DNA from: Anthoceros angustus
Lineage: Eukaryota; Plantae; Anthocerotophyta
Assembly: GCA_010909165.1 (NCBI GenBank)
Contig: VJWM01000334.1
Location: 1-57,336 of the forward strand
DNA: 57,336 bases
Direction: 5' to 3'
Position numbers and translations under genes: made by a program. This document shows, one piece after another, positions 1 to 11,958 of this stretch; position 1 is the first letter of the stretch; the number at the start of each line of letters is the position of its first letter. The notes beneath the pieces are model-generated. The model did no database searches, was not told the origin of the DNA, and saw only the letters and a program-made list of their open reading frames with translations.

Positions 1-156
1 TGGCGGCCACGTCGGCAACTTGCTGACGGCAACCTTGCCACGTCAGCATTTTACAACCTAGTTAAGGCAGGTTTACAAGCGTGTAAATGCCGTTTTACAA
101 GCGTGAGGTTGTAAATTACGTTGTAAAATCGTTGTAAAACACCGATTCTTGTAGTG
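1..156. mobile_element. Right end of a CACTA (En/Spm) DNA transposon: terminal inverted repeat and subterminal repeats
   Basis: Ends in ...GATTCTTGTAGTG at 156, the reverse complement of CACTACAAGAATC. Short TTACAA/TTGTAA motifs are repeated in both orientations over 50-140, as is typical of CACTA subterminal regions. Confidence 0.8.
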
Positions 157-159
157 ATG

Positions 160-2570
160 GGTGCACCACGATTAGGTTCAAAGTCTTCATGCAGGAGCGA
201 TTACATTTACGCGATTCGTTGAGAAGAATGACCGAGTGCGTAATTTTCACATGCGCAAGATGACATGCAAACCCGACCCCAATGTCGTTTGCGTCTACTC
301 TCAAGCGACCGAGTTAAAATTTGGATCACGTTCTAACGAAGCACTGTAATCGGACGAAGCTATATGCAGACCTGAGAAGGCATTGCTGCGGGAAAAAGTG
401 CTTAGGTGGGAAGTGGCAAACTCAAGTTGATCCGTGTGTCCTTTTTTCCATGACGGAAGGGCGAGGAACATTTACAAGACCTTATTGATATGGTGGAGGC
501 GGATGGGTGAACAAGGTACCACATGGGAAGGTTCCGATATGTGTCGAGCGGGTGTTACGCATTGGAGCAACTGCGATCGGAATGCTCAAACAGTACAAAG
601 GGAACCAGTTTCTTCTTTGAGGCAAGGCTTGGAAGAATCCCAACTTCATATGGTCTACAAGTATGATGTGGATGGATACATTTTCAAAGGAAATGTGGAG
701 ACTACCCAGAGAAGTATTCAATGCTGATACATTCACAAAGGAGGAGATTTTCATAGAGTATGCGAGCAGGCTAGAACAATTACCACACATGTATGTTGAC
801 TATTTACAGCGTGGATCGCCACTTTTCGGTGAAGATTCCACGATGCAACCGTTTTTCAATATGTGCTGACTGTGAGAAACTGAAAGCGAAAATAAAAAAT
901 GCGGGGAACGACAGAGAGCAAGGTGAAGGCCGTGCATCTATCTTAGATATGTGGTTAAACAACGGGATGTCCGGTGATTGGCAGTTGTCCTTTATGGGCT
1001 CTCCTAAACTAAAGCCCGTTTTAGGGTTTTGTACAAATATTTGCTCTTCCTGCAGTCCCAAGGAACGTTTGCCTTCGACCCCGGACTTGTACTCATGGTG
1101 CGCCTCGTCTTGTATGTGCAGATAGACGAGCTCCTTAATTACCACCGCGATCAACAACGGAAGGAGGCGGGCGAAGATGGCGACATTGCGCAAGTGTATG
1201 GCTCAACCAAGTACATTGGAATGGCGATAGATGGTATGGATCAAAAAAAAAGCGAGTTGCCTCATTTAGTAGAGTGCCCAAGGATGTCGATAATCTGGCC
1301 CTTGTCTCATTCATGTGCTTGGGGTTTTGGTGTTTAGCAAATACATGCGGACTTGTACCTAAGCTTCCCCAATATTGAATGATCCCAGGACAATAGTTTG
1401 GTCCAGCATGTTATTAACAATTGGGAAGGCCACTTGCCTAAAATTCTATACCTCGGATGGACAATCTGCGGAATAAGAATCAAGAGGTGTTGGCGTATTG
1501 TGCGATGTTAGTGTCAAGGGTATTTTCAAGAAGGTTAAAGTGGGCTTTTAATTGTTGGCCATACCCATGATCAGATTGATCAAATGTTCTCCGTTTTTAC
1601 ATTGTCTTTGAATCTAAAGGAGGCCTACACCTTGCGGCGATTGCTTGCTGTATACTCCATCATAGAATGTCTTCCTCATGAAGGAAGTGCGGACTTCAAG
1701 AAATATCTGTGGCCACTGGTGGTCCCTCGGAACATCGGTGCACAATCGATTAAGATAACTCGAGAAGAGTTGCCTAGTCACAGTATATTCGGTGTTGAGG
1801 TGCAAGCAATTTTCCACCCGCACCGGACCCCGGTGGTGTGCATTTGTTGGATGGAGTACGAGAGGGAGATTGTGGCGTGAGCTGGTGCCATTGCATGTGA
1901 GGCGGCAAAGGGCAAAAGGAACATGCGGATGTGCCTCGAGGCAGTCAGCGGGAGTGGAGGACAATAGGCAGCGTTTAAAAGCGTCGGATGTTTTAATGAT
2001 CAACAACTGTTGGTGGGAAGCTTTTACAGGAGCAACTAGCAATAGCGGGTGTGGTAGCCTGGTGCTCTCCCTCCCTTTGAGCTGCATGGACATGGTATAA
2101 TAGAGAGGCAGCACCCGAGAACGGAAGATCCGGATGAAGTGGTAGTAGATCTTGCATTAGCAAGGCGCATATTCGGACAAGGCGAGATTTACAGTGCACA
2201 GGACTCGCTGAGCGACAAACAACCGCAGAGGGTCTATTGCAGATTGGGCGGGCATGATGCTTGCGATGCGAGGATGACCGGAGGCCGTCCTTCTGCTAGG
2301 TAAGGTTGTGGCGGTTGACCATGATGGTGTTGAACCGATAGCACAAGTGCATTGGTGGCGGATGAAAACCAAAACTCAGGCGGAAGGTACTCGGAAGAGT
2401 GGGTGCCATGCACTAGCGGCGAGCGGAGGAAAGGGAGGCGGAACCCTTTGAAGAGGCATGTGCAACCCATCAATCTAATGGAGACAACAATTATGGGTTA
2501 TGATTTTGAGCTAACGAGCAGGACTTTGAGCAAAGACACGGTGGAAATGTTGAAGAAAGATCTTTGAGCT
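160..2570 (+). pseudogene. DUF7869-type putative DDD/E transposase (Sola-like), frameshifted
   Basis: Motifs across frames, in order: CADCEKLK (about 860-885), MAIDGMDQKK (about 1220-1250), MDN..ENKNQEVLAYCAMLV (about 1457-1515), GHTHDQIDQMFS (1557-1592), and a C-terminal LLGKVVAVD...AQVHWWR (about 2290-2365). The DNCxxENKN/GHT pattern resembles Sola-type transposases; the superfamily assignment is uncertain. Confidence 0.7.
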
Positions 2571-2842
2571 TGGCGGAGCCAAGTGAGGAACTGCTGCTTC
2601 CTCCGATTGATCTGCGAGGAAGTGGTGACAACGGATTGATTCGATGATCTCGACAATGTTGAATCTTGATGCATCCGTTGATTATTTGGTGGACTTGCTT
2701 GAAGGTGTGGACTACGGTGAGAGCGGATCGCAACCCACCGAGATTCTAAATTTTGAGGTTGGCCAGGATAGAGTCATGAAGTCTCAGACAGTGACATAGC
2801 AAGGATGTAACCAAAGGTCGTTTTTTGATTTATGAGTCGTTT

Positions 2843-2950
2843 GTTGATGCTGCACCGAACGTCCGGGTTTTTGTCCAGGGTTGATGGTGCACTGGACGTG
2901 CGGGTTTTTTATCTATGGGTTGATGCTGCACCGGACGTCCGGTTGTTTGT
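2843..2950. repeat. Three imperfect tandem copies of a ~38-bp unit (GTTGATGCTGCACCGGACGTCCGGGTTTTT...)
   Basis: Units start at about 2843, 2880 and 2919. Confidence 0.85.
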
Positions 2951-3099
2951 TGGTTCTCAATTTATGGAAGGCATGATTCTTGTTCACCGAACATGATAAT
3001 ATTTGAAGGGGCTCAATATACAAAGCCGCTTCCAGAGAAAAAACCGCTTTGTTATTCTCTCTGATGGCAAAGCATGGATTATGTGTGTGGTTGGAAGGG

Positions 3100-4420
3100 G
3101 AAGGTGGTTGGTGGGTAGAGTGTATGTCGTGGAACGAGTGAAACATTTTTCCCAATTGAAAGAGATCTAACTTCACATCATGTTTACCTTTGTTGAATCC
3201 TCGGGGCACATCCATGATCATCAGAGTGTACTTGCAGATCCTGAGGAACCCCCTCATGTCTGCTGCATCTCTTGCAATGACCTGGTACTTCACGATATCC
3301 TCTGTTTTGGCATCATGAAGGATTGAAGCCCTCCTCCATGTCCATATAGCTCTGCGCTCATTTTCGAGTCCCTTCCATGTATGAACCTCGAGAATAAAGG
3401 CTTGAAAATCTTCAGGTAGCGTCTTCAGGTCCTCAACATCTCTAATTTGCTGAATGGGTGTCAAACGAAATGGGTTAGCGTGTGACAGTGCAAGGCCATG
3501 GCATGAGAGGGCGCCGGCATGCCGGCGCCCTCAGTGGAATCTTGCAAATAAAGGAAGGAAATATGTTTACCTTGCCTCAAATGCGGTTTGAAATCTGGCA
3601 ATAATTTCGTCTGAAGAGTGTTGAGGGTATTCTTGTCTCACCATTTCGAAGGAGTCACAAGCCAGATGTTTAGCCATTGCCACGTGTATGACATGAAATT
3701 TCTTCCGAAGGGTAACTTCCTTCGCCATTCCGTTCAGATCCAGGAGGCCAGTTAGTACTTTCTACATTACTTATCTCATTTGTCTGGATGTCCATGTGGG
3801 ACACCTTGAAAGCTTCACCATGGCTTCCCCTACATTTCTTTGGGCTTCACAAAAACTCCATCAACCTGTTTTTGTCGTAGGTTGCTTTCCTCTTGCCTTT
3901 GCTCTTTTTGCTTTCTCTGCGACACTTGCTCAGGTAGCTCGACTTCCACTTGGAAAAAATTTTATCCACATTTTCCCATACCTTGCCCTCTAGTTTTGAA
4001 ATGCAGAGTATATGGGTTCTGTTGTCCACCTTGTTCTGCTTGTACTGCTCATCTTCTTGGCCTTCGTCATCTTCAATCAAACCTAGCACCTTGTATAGAT
4101 TGAATTTCCAGCTCATGGTCATGCTGACGTGATCTCGCTTAGCTATCTGCAACTCATCCCTCAGATACCGAACCTTCTCAATAAAATTCATCTTTTCCTT
4201 GTCCGCCATCGGTTGTGATCGGTGGCGAGAATCCTCATCTCGATGTGATTAGGCCACAATACACATGGCGATCCCTTCCACGGTGAGATATCGCCGGATC
4301 TTGCATGGCGCATAGGTATGATTCCCTCGATCGCCCATGTGGAAGACCATGTACTAACCCCTCTCGAGTGTCGGGATGAGCGATTTTTTTTGTTTTGGGA
4401 GTGTTTGTATAGCAAAGTGC
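3100..4420 (-). pseudogene. ParB-like plus beta-class DNA amino-methyltransferase gene, copy 1 (3'-truncated after the catalytic motif region)
   Basis: Reads AIEGNHTYA (about 4335-4308, one frameshift), RILATDHNRMADKEKMNFIEKVRYLR, TLRKKFHVIHVAMAKHL, and KYTLMIMDVPRGF (DVPRG at 3212-3198). Collinear with copy 2 at 36.9-38.1 kb; homology is lost at about 3120. Confidence 0.7.
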
Positions 4421-4449
4421 TTTGAGAATCGCTTTAAGGTCTTTTATCT

Positions 4450-7400
4450 GAGAATGGTCCTTGGCCCTTGGGATAATAATTTTCTTTTTTGAACCTTAGG
4501 TTTTCGACCGGATAGGTAGGTCGGATAGAGTCCTTGGGTTTTGGTGATTTTAGAAATAAGAAAGTGTCTATATATGTTAGGTGCCTACATCTTGCCACAT
4601 TCTTGATCAAGCGGGAGGTAGCAGTTCCACCACGGTGGCGAAGAACGGGACGTCTGAGACCGAGGAGTTTACAACCCTAGTGGCGGGCGGGGCGCGAGGC
4701 AGTCGGGCCGCGCGAGCGGACACCCGGCCTGAGTCGAATTTCGGGCAGGCGTCGGGCGGGCTGTGACAAGCTGGCGCGCGCATCAGCTGCGCTGGGCGAG
4801 TCTTTTATTTGCGGTGGGGAGCGGCGTCGAGGTCGAGCAGGCGGTGGCGGAGGAAGAAACCAGTGGCAGTAGCGAAGGAGGAAAAGGAGGCAAGGCCGAG
4901 CGAGGGAGGGGAGGCGTGCGGTGGTGTTCCCTTTTCGACCAGCGTGCGAGGTGGGTTCTTTTTTGGAAACAAGGAGAAAGGAGATGGCGCCCAGTGCGAA
5001 ATTCCCACCATCGGTGGCCCAACATGGACCCTTTGGAAGGTGAGAGGCGACTGGTGCGGGGAGTCTGGAATTTATGGAGAAGAAATGGTGTTCTGACAGA
5101 CATTGGTGCAAGAGTCGCCCGGCAATTGAGAACCAAGTTGCAAGAGGGAGCGAGGAAGAGGCGCAAAACTGGGATTTGGGACTCTTTCGAGCGATGTATG
5201 GCGAGAAGCATCGGAGGATGGAAGCTTGGTGACCCCAGAGAAAGAAGACCACGAGGCTGCGTGCGCTCATGAAACTGGAGAAGTGAGTGAACAATGGATG
5301 GGTGACTCGCCAACTCGTGTCTGCTGTGGTGGGATTAGCCAAGTGGATTTTGTGTTTCTGCAGAATCGGAAGTTGGATCATATGGCGGACCACTTCACGG
5401 TCTTTCTTCATGAGGTGGTTAAAGGTACACAAATCGATTGGGGCGGATGATCTTTGAAAGAGCAGAGGAGGCGAATTTGCTCTCCCTTCCCTCGGCCCTC
5501 CTTGATTTCACCTTTTCTAATTCATGTATTCGCATTAGGGTGTCTAGCAGTTGGGCATGCGCCCTTCATAGGCAGTCGGGGAACTCAAGGTAGAGGAGGA
5601 GTGTAAGGGATTAGGAAGGATTCCGAGGTTGAGAATCGCCTCCCTAGAAGATTCGGATGAAGGTGGGGAGGTTTCCAAGGGCAAGCGGAGGCGGCGGCAG
5701 GTGAGCAGGGGTCGTGAAGAAGGGCGCGGAGAAGAGGAACCCACACACCTAGGGTCACCGTCGAAATCGGCGAGCGGGTGAGGAGGAGAAAATAAAGGAA
5801 GCGACAAGTTGTGCCCTCTCGGTGCGGGGAGGAGTCGCTGCCGCTAGGAGATTGGGCGGATGAGGAAGTAGTGGCAAACCAACCCCTAGAAGAAGAGGGG
5901 TTAGTTTGATAGCCAAGTCATGACGGACTCGGAACATTTTAGCGACATTTCAGACCCGTCGGTGAAGTGGAGCGGTGACACCGCTCGCGTCACGAGAATT
6001 GTTGTGGAGGAATGGGCAGGGCAGCCCAATTCGAGAATCTGCAGCCTTGACCCGGCCATGGCTCGAGGCAGGATCTCCTCGACCAGCCATGGCTCTCACA
6101 CAGTGTGCAGCCGGAAAAGTTGCTCAAGGAGAAGTTGGAGGCACAGGCGAGAACAAGGTGTGAGGAGGCAGAGGCGAGGCGGCCCTATGCAAAAGAGGCG
6201 GCTAAATGTCCACCCAGGAGGCCTTAGTGAATCAGGTCAAGGGGGCATGCCACAATTGAGGAGCTTCAAGATGAGGTCTCATGAGCCGAGGAACAATGGA
6301 AACAATGGCGCCTCTGGAGAAATTCAAGAAGCGGCGGAGAGATATGCGAGAGAGAGATGAAGCTAGGGCCGAGTCAGAGAGGTGGCCAAGCAAGAAGGCG
6401 AGCCACGGCAACCATGGCGCCACCGTGGAAACCCACGGTGGCTAAACCGGCCACCGTCGGAAGGAGGAAGGTGGGGAAGCCCGAGCTGGTGGGATCGATC
6501 CCGAAACAGCCGGCTCGAGATTGTCCAGGAGGAGAGGTAAGAACCTCATATCGAAGGCGTATTGTGCTGCGTCTGGATGAGGATGCTCATGTCACAGCCA
6601 CACTGCATGGTGGCGGTGCTCACTCTAAATGTATGTGGTTGTTGGGGCGGGAGGGGCGAAACTATTGGTGCACATCTTGACCGCCACAGGCGTTTACGAT
6701 GGTTCTTCCGAGCAGGGCGGGGCCTACCCCAAGTGGTGATCGAGGCGAGGCGGAGGCAGGCGTGGAGGGAGGAGCACACGGTGTGGCTGTCCGGCGATGA
6801 AGGCGGAATAAGGCATAGGGCCTATAGGCGGCGCCCATGGGAAGGCCGAAAGCTGCGGCGGTGTGAGGTGGAGGTTTTGGGGAGAATCGCTCGGATCGGG
6901 CGTGGCGGAGAGGCGAGGCGAGGAACCCCAGCAGCTGGCGACAACCGACCGTGATTTTTAGAGGAGCGACATCATAGGCCAGGCTTCTTTTGGGGTAGGG
7001 GATAGGATGTTTTGAGGCGGAGCTGTAGTTCTGGAATTGGTAGGGCGCTCGTGGTAGGCCATATTTTCTAGACCTTTGGTAGGAGTGGTGTGGAAATCCA
7101 CGGTGAATGTATAGAGACCCTTGAGTCTCTCTTAAGACAATTCGGTGTGAACTTCCGTGTGTTGAAGCTATCGCGAGGTTGGTTGGAGCGTCATCGCATC
7201 AAACTCGTTCGATGCACCTTCTCGTCACAAGAAGGCGGGAAGATCCTGGATGGTCGAGGCGGAGTGGCCAAGCTCCACGCTGGGGGTGGAAGGTGCGCCG
7301 GAAAGAGGTAGGAATTGCCCGGAGGGGTGAGGCGGAGCGGAGCCGCCGGGTTTTCTTTCGATCCTCTTTCCCAAGCTGCGCCACAGTGTTTTATTCCATG

Positions 7401-9505
7401 AGAGGGGTCTGTGGCCCAAGAGGGGTGCTGTGGCCCAAGGAGGGTCATGTGGCCCAAGGAGGGGTCTGGGTGGCCGTGAGGAGAGAGATTTATTTAGGAA
7501 GGAAGGTCCAGAGAGGTGATGAGTCTTGTGTGAGGGATTGTGAGTGCGTGTGGGAGAATCGGAAATGATTAAGGAGAGTGGAAGTGAGTGGTGGGTCGGG
7601 GAATAGCGGTGGAGTGAGCCGTCGAGTCGTGGTGCATAAATCCGGAAGGATCCGCGGAAATTCAGCGGTGAGGCGCATGTGGGTGTGTGTATGTCCATAA
7701 CCCCAAGGTGCCGGGCGGGTGACAAATAGTCACCCGACGGGCGCGCTATGGTGGGACCCGCCGCGGTGGTTGAACCAGCCGCTGCGGTGGAGTCTTCCAC
7801 GGTGGTGGGTTTGGGTATGGTAGGCGGATAAGGGAGGTAGTGATCGGCGGGGTAAGTCTAGAATCCATAGTTTTAGAACATCTTGACACAAAACCATTCC
7901 TTCTTGGGATCGAATCCTAGGACTATAGCGACATAGAGGTAAATGGCCTCTTTGCATCTTGGATGCAAAACCCATCCTGACCCATCACTTGCTTCGCTCT
8001 AAACCTTTTCAATCAAGTTGTTCAATATCTGCGCTCTGCGGTCAATCATACATAATAGAGGAACTCCTTCTTCAATCCTTCCCTTAGGTACGGGCAAGAT
8101 AGTTTGCAGGGCCTCATCAACTCGGATCTGGGCATGGGGGGTCGGGGAATGATCGAGGCCTCAAATTTTCAAGTTTCCAACAGTTTGAGGCACCACCTTT
8201 TTGAGTAAGCGGGGCGTACATTTGTGAGGTAGTCTTCGTCCATATCTGACGTCTCCAACCGCTGTATGCAGCCGTGAAGAGTTTGGATGTCATTCTTTGT
8301 CGGAGAGAGTCGATTCGTGCTTCCCTTTCCACCGAGCAGCGTGTATCACCCGTTTCCACCCTTGGTGCTTTGGTCTTCCTCTCGCCTTCCTTTGTGGTTG
8401 CCCTCCGTTTTTGGGGTTGGGCGAATCCCTGCTTGGTCCGGAGTGGCGAGTCATCTTGACTTCAAGCGTCTGCTGTTTGTGGAGGGCACGGCTGCAGGCG
8501 CCTCTCCCTCGCCTTTGGAACATGGGAGGCGGCAGGCATCTTGGCGCCCCACTCGCCCTCGCTCTCTGGTGCGGCGCAGGCCCGGCGCTCTCCGCCGCCC
8601 TCGGCCAGCGGGCGCCCGGCATGCGCCCTCCTCCTCGCCCTCGGCCCCTTCGCGGGAGGCGGCCGGCAGCGCCCTCCTCTGAGCCTCCACATCACAGGCG
8701 CCCGGCATGCAGCGCCCTCCTCCGCCGACTTCTCGGTGGCGCGTAGGCATCGCGCCTCCATTTCGCCCTCGGTGTCTCAGGTGGCGCGGCATCTCGGGCG
8801 CCTTTGTGGACCTGGACTTCCCCTTAGGTAGGAAGCGGGTCGGGTTTTGTTTTAGGCGTGGGGGCGGATAAGGCGGAATGGGAGAAATAAGTCCGGAGGA
8901 GCTCCGGACTACACTTCGGAGTAAGTTGAAGGACTCCGGAGCATACTCCGGAGGGCTCTGAGCGCCTCGGCGGAAGGGTCCGGACCAGCCCTTGGTGCAG
9001 GAGGGGAGTCGGATCACACTCCGGAGTAGGATGGGATAAGTATGCCAAGTAAAGTAACTTAGGAGTCGGAGCGTGTTTTAGACAGACGGGGCCACGTGGA
9101 CGGTACTGAGAGGTGAACGGGCATGCGGCCGGGGCCAAGTAGGGTTGCAGTGGCGTTATGGCGGTATTCACGCTCCGAGTACAGCGGCGTAAGGCGATGC
9201 GTGGCAGCGTGGGCGGTGCGTGGCGGTAAAGCGAGTAAGCGGCAGCGTAAGGCCAGAGTAAGCCATGCGAGCACAGCGATCTCGGTTACGGGCAGCGAGC
9301 CGTCCCTTGGGCGGCAGTTACTCTCGGCCGGAGGAGTGGCGAGATCATTCTTTCAAGCAACTTTGCGGCGATTCTCGCGCTCTCTCGCGCTCAGACACCC
9401 GGCTCTTTGGCGTTGTCTCTTCAAGCGCCAGAGCACCCTGCAGCTGTGCTCGACTTTCGCGGAGGAAGCGGCGGCCGGAGAGGCGGGGATTTTGGAGTCT
9501 CAAGT
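4450..9505. other. GC-rich degenerate sequence, probably retroelement-derived; no recognisable protein domain
   Basis: Many overlapping low-complexity ORFs on both strands, a CTCCGGA-rich repetitive patch at about 8890-9070, and continuation at 12591 across the element A TSD. Confidence 0.3.
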
Positions 9506-10693
9506 TGTTAAGAATGAACCTCCGTTAGGGTTCATGGTCATATAAACTGACCAGCTGTTATGACTTTTAGTTAGGTTAAATGAACAGTCGTGACTATACA
9601 CAAGTTTTGTATAAGACATGCTTTGTGAGTAATTTACATTAATTTATTCTACACATTTTGCATTTCCTGTTGTTCAGTTTATTTACATGGTATCAGAGCT
9701 TTGTACCTAGTATTATTAGTATTTGTGGCGATGGCGCATGGAGGTATATGGGAGAATTTGACGAGAAAAATCTTGCATCCATGATTACATAGGTGCGAGA
9801 ATTGCACAATGCAATCTCGCCTCCACTTTGCATATTCTTGCTGTAGCATTGGGAATTGTGGCATGACTTAACACGATGCTGCTAGTGAATGACAAATTCG
9901 ACGTACCGTGCAAATGCGGGCGCATCGGGCGGTGATTATGACACTCTAAGAAGGAAAAATGACTCGACGGGGGCGATCTCGCGTCGAGCATCCACCTTCA
10001 GCACCCTGCAATCATCACCACAGCGGTGATGAAGTGTCGATCTTGCCAAGACATTACGGTATGGACGGGAGGATATTTCCTCTGGAAGACCTCCTCGGAC
10101 ACCCAATCGTGTGCACATTGACAGGTATCCAGAAAAGGAATTATGGGACTCTTCTAGATCGGCAGCAAAACGCATCGATGATAATCGAGAAGTGCGCCAA
10201 AATCTCTGATTTTACAGTGATAACTCTTACCCAATCGTAATCGACATCATCAAATTACGGGCGCCATTCTGGTACCGGTGAATTGCTGGCGGAACAGCAA
10301 ATACTATGCCATAAAGCGATGATCCGGATCCCAAGGGCCATTTTCCTCGCTGTAGAAGGGCGCGACCCCTCCAGCCTGCAATTTGCGCCTCCTGCGGGTA
10401 AGCACCTTATCACCCAGCTACCTTACGCCTGTGGCTCGTCAACATGTGTTTTGTACTTCCGGCGTGGCGCTCTGCCGCCGGCGCATCTACATCCAACTTC
10501 TGATGCCTTATTTGGGGTGCAGGGGCGCTGACCCACATGGCCATGTGCGTCCTCACAGGATTGACGACTCCACTTGGTGCAGTCGTGGCGGCTCGGAGGT
10601 TTAAAGCACCACTCACCTCTTAAGCACTTTCTGCTGTGGCCCTTGGCTTGAGCCACCCTGCGGCATCTTAACCCATTTTTTGAAGAAGATCTT

Positions 10694-11626
10694 GTGCGGC
10701 TTGATCACCCGAACTTGCTTCCCTTCACAAAGCAGGTTAGAATGTCAGGAGGTGGTGGCGAAGGAGGAGGAGGAGGAGGTGGAGGAGGTGCTGGACGAGG
10801 AGTAGGAGGAGGCGGAGCTAATCCTCCACTCCCGCCTGTTCTTGTCATCCCACAACCTTCCTACTCTGTCGAATTCAAAGAGCGGGACAGGTTTAATGGC
10901 ATGAAGTTCGAAGGTTGGAAGGTGCGCATGACAGCTGCCCTGCAAGCGAGACACGTTTGGGGAGTTGTTACTGGCACGCTCACAGAACCTACTTCATCTG
11001 CCACACAAGAGGAAAAGGACAAGTGGGAGAACCTGAACGCTGTCGCTCGTGCCATCTTGATAAGTGGGCTGGACGAGATTCTGCTCGCCGATGTTGCTTT
11101 TCTCACGAAGGCTGAAGAGATCTGGAACCTCCTCCTGCACACGTATGAGGCTAAGAATATTCTTACCATGTGTGCCGTTCGAGGAGAACTCTTCTCTCTT
11201 CGGCTCAAGGAAGGTGACAAGGTTGCACCCTTCGTCATCCGCTTCCGACAATTGCGATCTCAGCTCATCAATCTGGGCTCCCAATTTCCCGAGCTGGACG
11301 CTGTAGCCCAATTGCTCACATGTCTTCCTGCCAGCTATCAGACCTTCGTCTCCGGCTATGGTGCTACCATCAGAGTTGCAGACGCAGCTAGAGCTGCAGG
11401 CCAACCTACCAACATCAGCCTCACAGACGTTGTGGGGGCTCTATTACAGGAGGAGCAAAGCAGGGCTAACACCAGCTCTCATGGTGGTCATACCAAGACC
11501 GACAAAGTCCTTTACACACAAGGCAAGCACTATAACAGAACCAAACCGACCTCTGGATCAGGTTCTTCTAGACCAAGTCCCACAAATGCGAGACTAGGGT
11601 GTGGCGTCCTAAGCCCAGGAGCGTGA
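10694..11626 (+). CDS. gag: Copia Gag (DUF4219/UBN2-type capsid region) with a Gly-rich N-terminus and a degenerate zinc knuckle
   Basis: Uninterrupted 310-aa ORF with FEGWKVRMTAALQARHVWGVV, ARAILISGLDE...AEEIWNLL and LFSLRLKEGDKVAPFVIRF. The likely start is the ATG at 10742. Confidence 0.9.
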   Translation: MRLDHPNLLPFTKQVRMSGGGGEGGGGGGGGGAGRGVGGGGANPPLPPVLVIPQPSYSVEFKERDRFNGMKFEGWKVRMTAALQARHVWGVVTGTLTEPTSSATQEEKDKWENLNAVARAILISGLDEILLADVAFLTKAEEIWNLLLHTYEAKNILTMCAVRGELFSLRLKEGDKVAPFVIRFRQLRSQLINLGSQFPELDAVAQLLTCLPASYQTFVSGYGATIRVADAARAAGQPTNISLTDVVGALLQEEQSRANTSSHGGHTKTDKVLYTQGKHYNRTKPTSGSGSSRPSPTNARLGCGVLSPGA

Positions 11627-11715
11627 ATGCGAGAAAGAAGAAGGGCCGGTGCGTGCGTAAGAAGTCACGGTAATTTTGGAGCTCGTATAGTTGCCACCAG
11701 AATTGACGGACCTCG

Positions 11716-11958
11716 ATGGACATAGCCAACAAATCCACCATTGCTATGACGGCCAACCCAAGATTCCATGCTCGCAATAAGCACATAGAAGTGCACCACC
11801 AAGTTATTCGTCATTCTGTGGAGCAGAAGGAAGTTAAGATTCAGCATATCTCCACAGACTATAATTCAGCGGATATACTCACGAAGTATCTGCCTGCTCG
11901 CAAACACTTCTTACATATGGAAGCTCTGGGAGTGAAGGACTACTCTACCATTCGGTAG
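11716..11958 (+). pseudogene. C-terminal remnant of copia RNase H
   Basis: NPRFHARNKHIEVHHQVIR...STDYNSADILTK is the hallmark copia RNase H C-terminus. Protease, integrase and RT are absent between gag and this fragment. Confidence 0.9.

Noticed and set aside
4980-5272. VWNLWRRNGVL resembling the LINE ORF2 C-terminal motif
   Set aside because: A single short motif with no RT or endonuclease nearby is insufficient support.
4581-9545. Many 100-250 aa ORFs on both strands
   Set aside because: Overlapping Arg/Gly/Pro-rich ORFs are expected by chance in GC-rich sequence, and no domain motifs were recognised.
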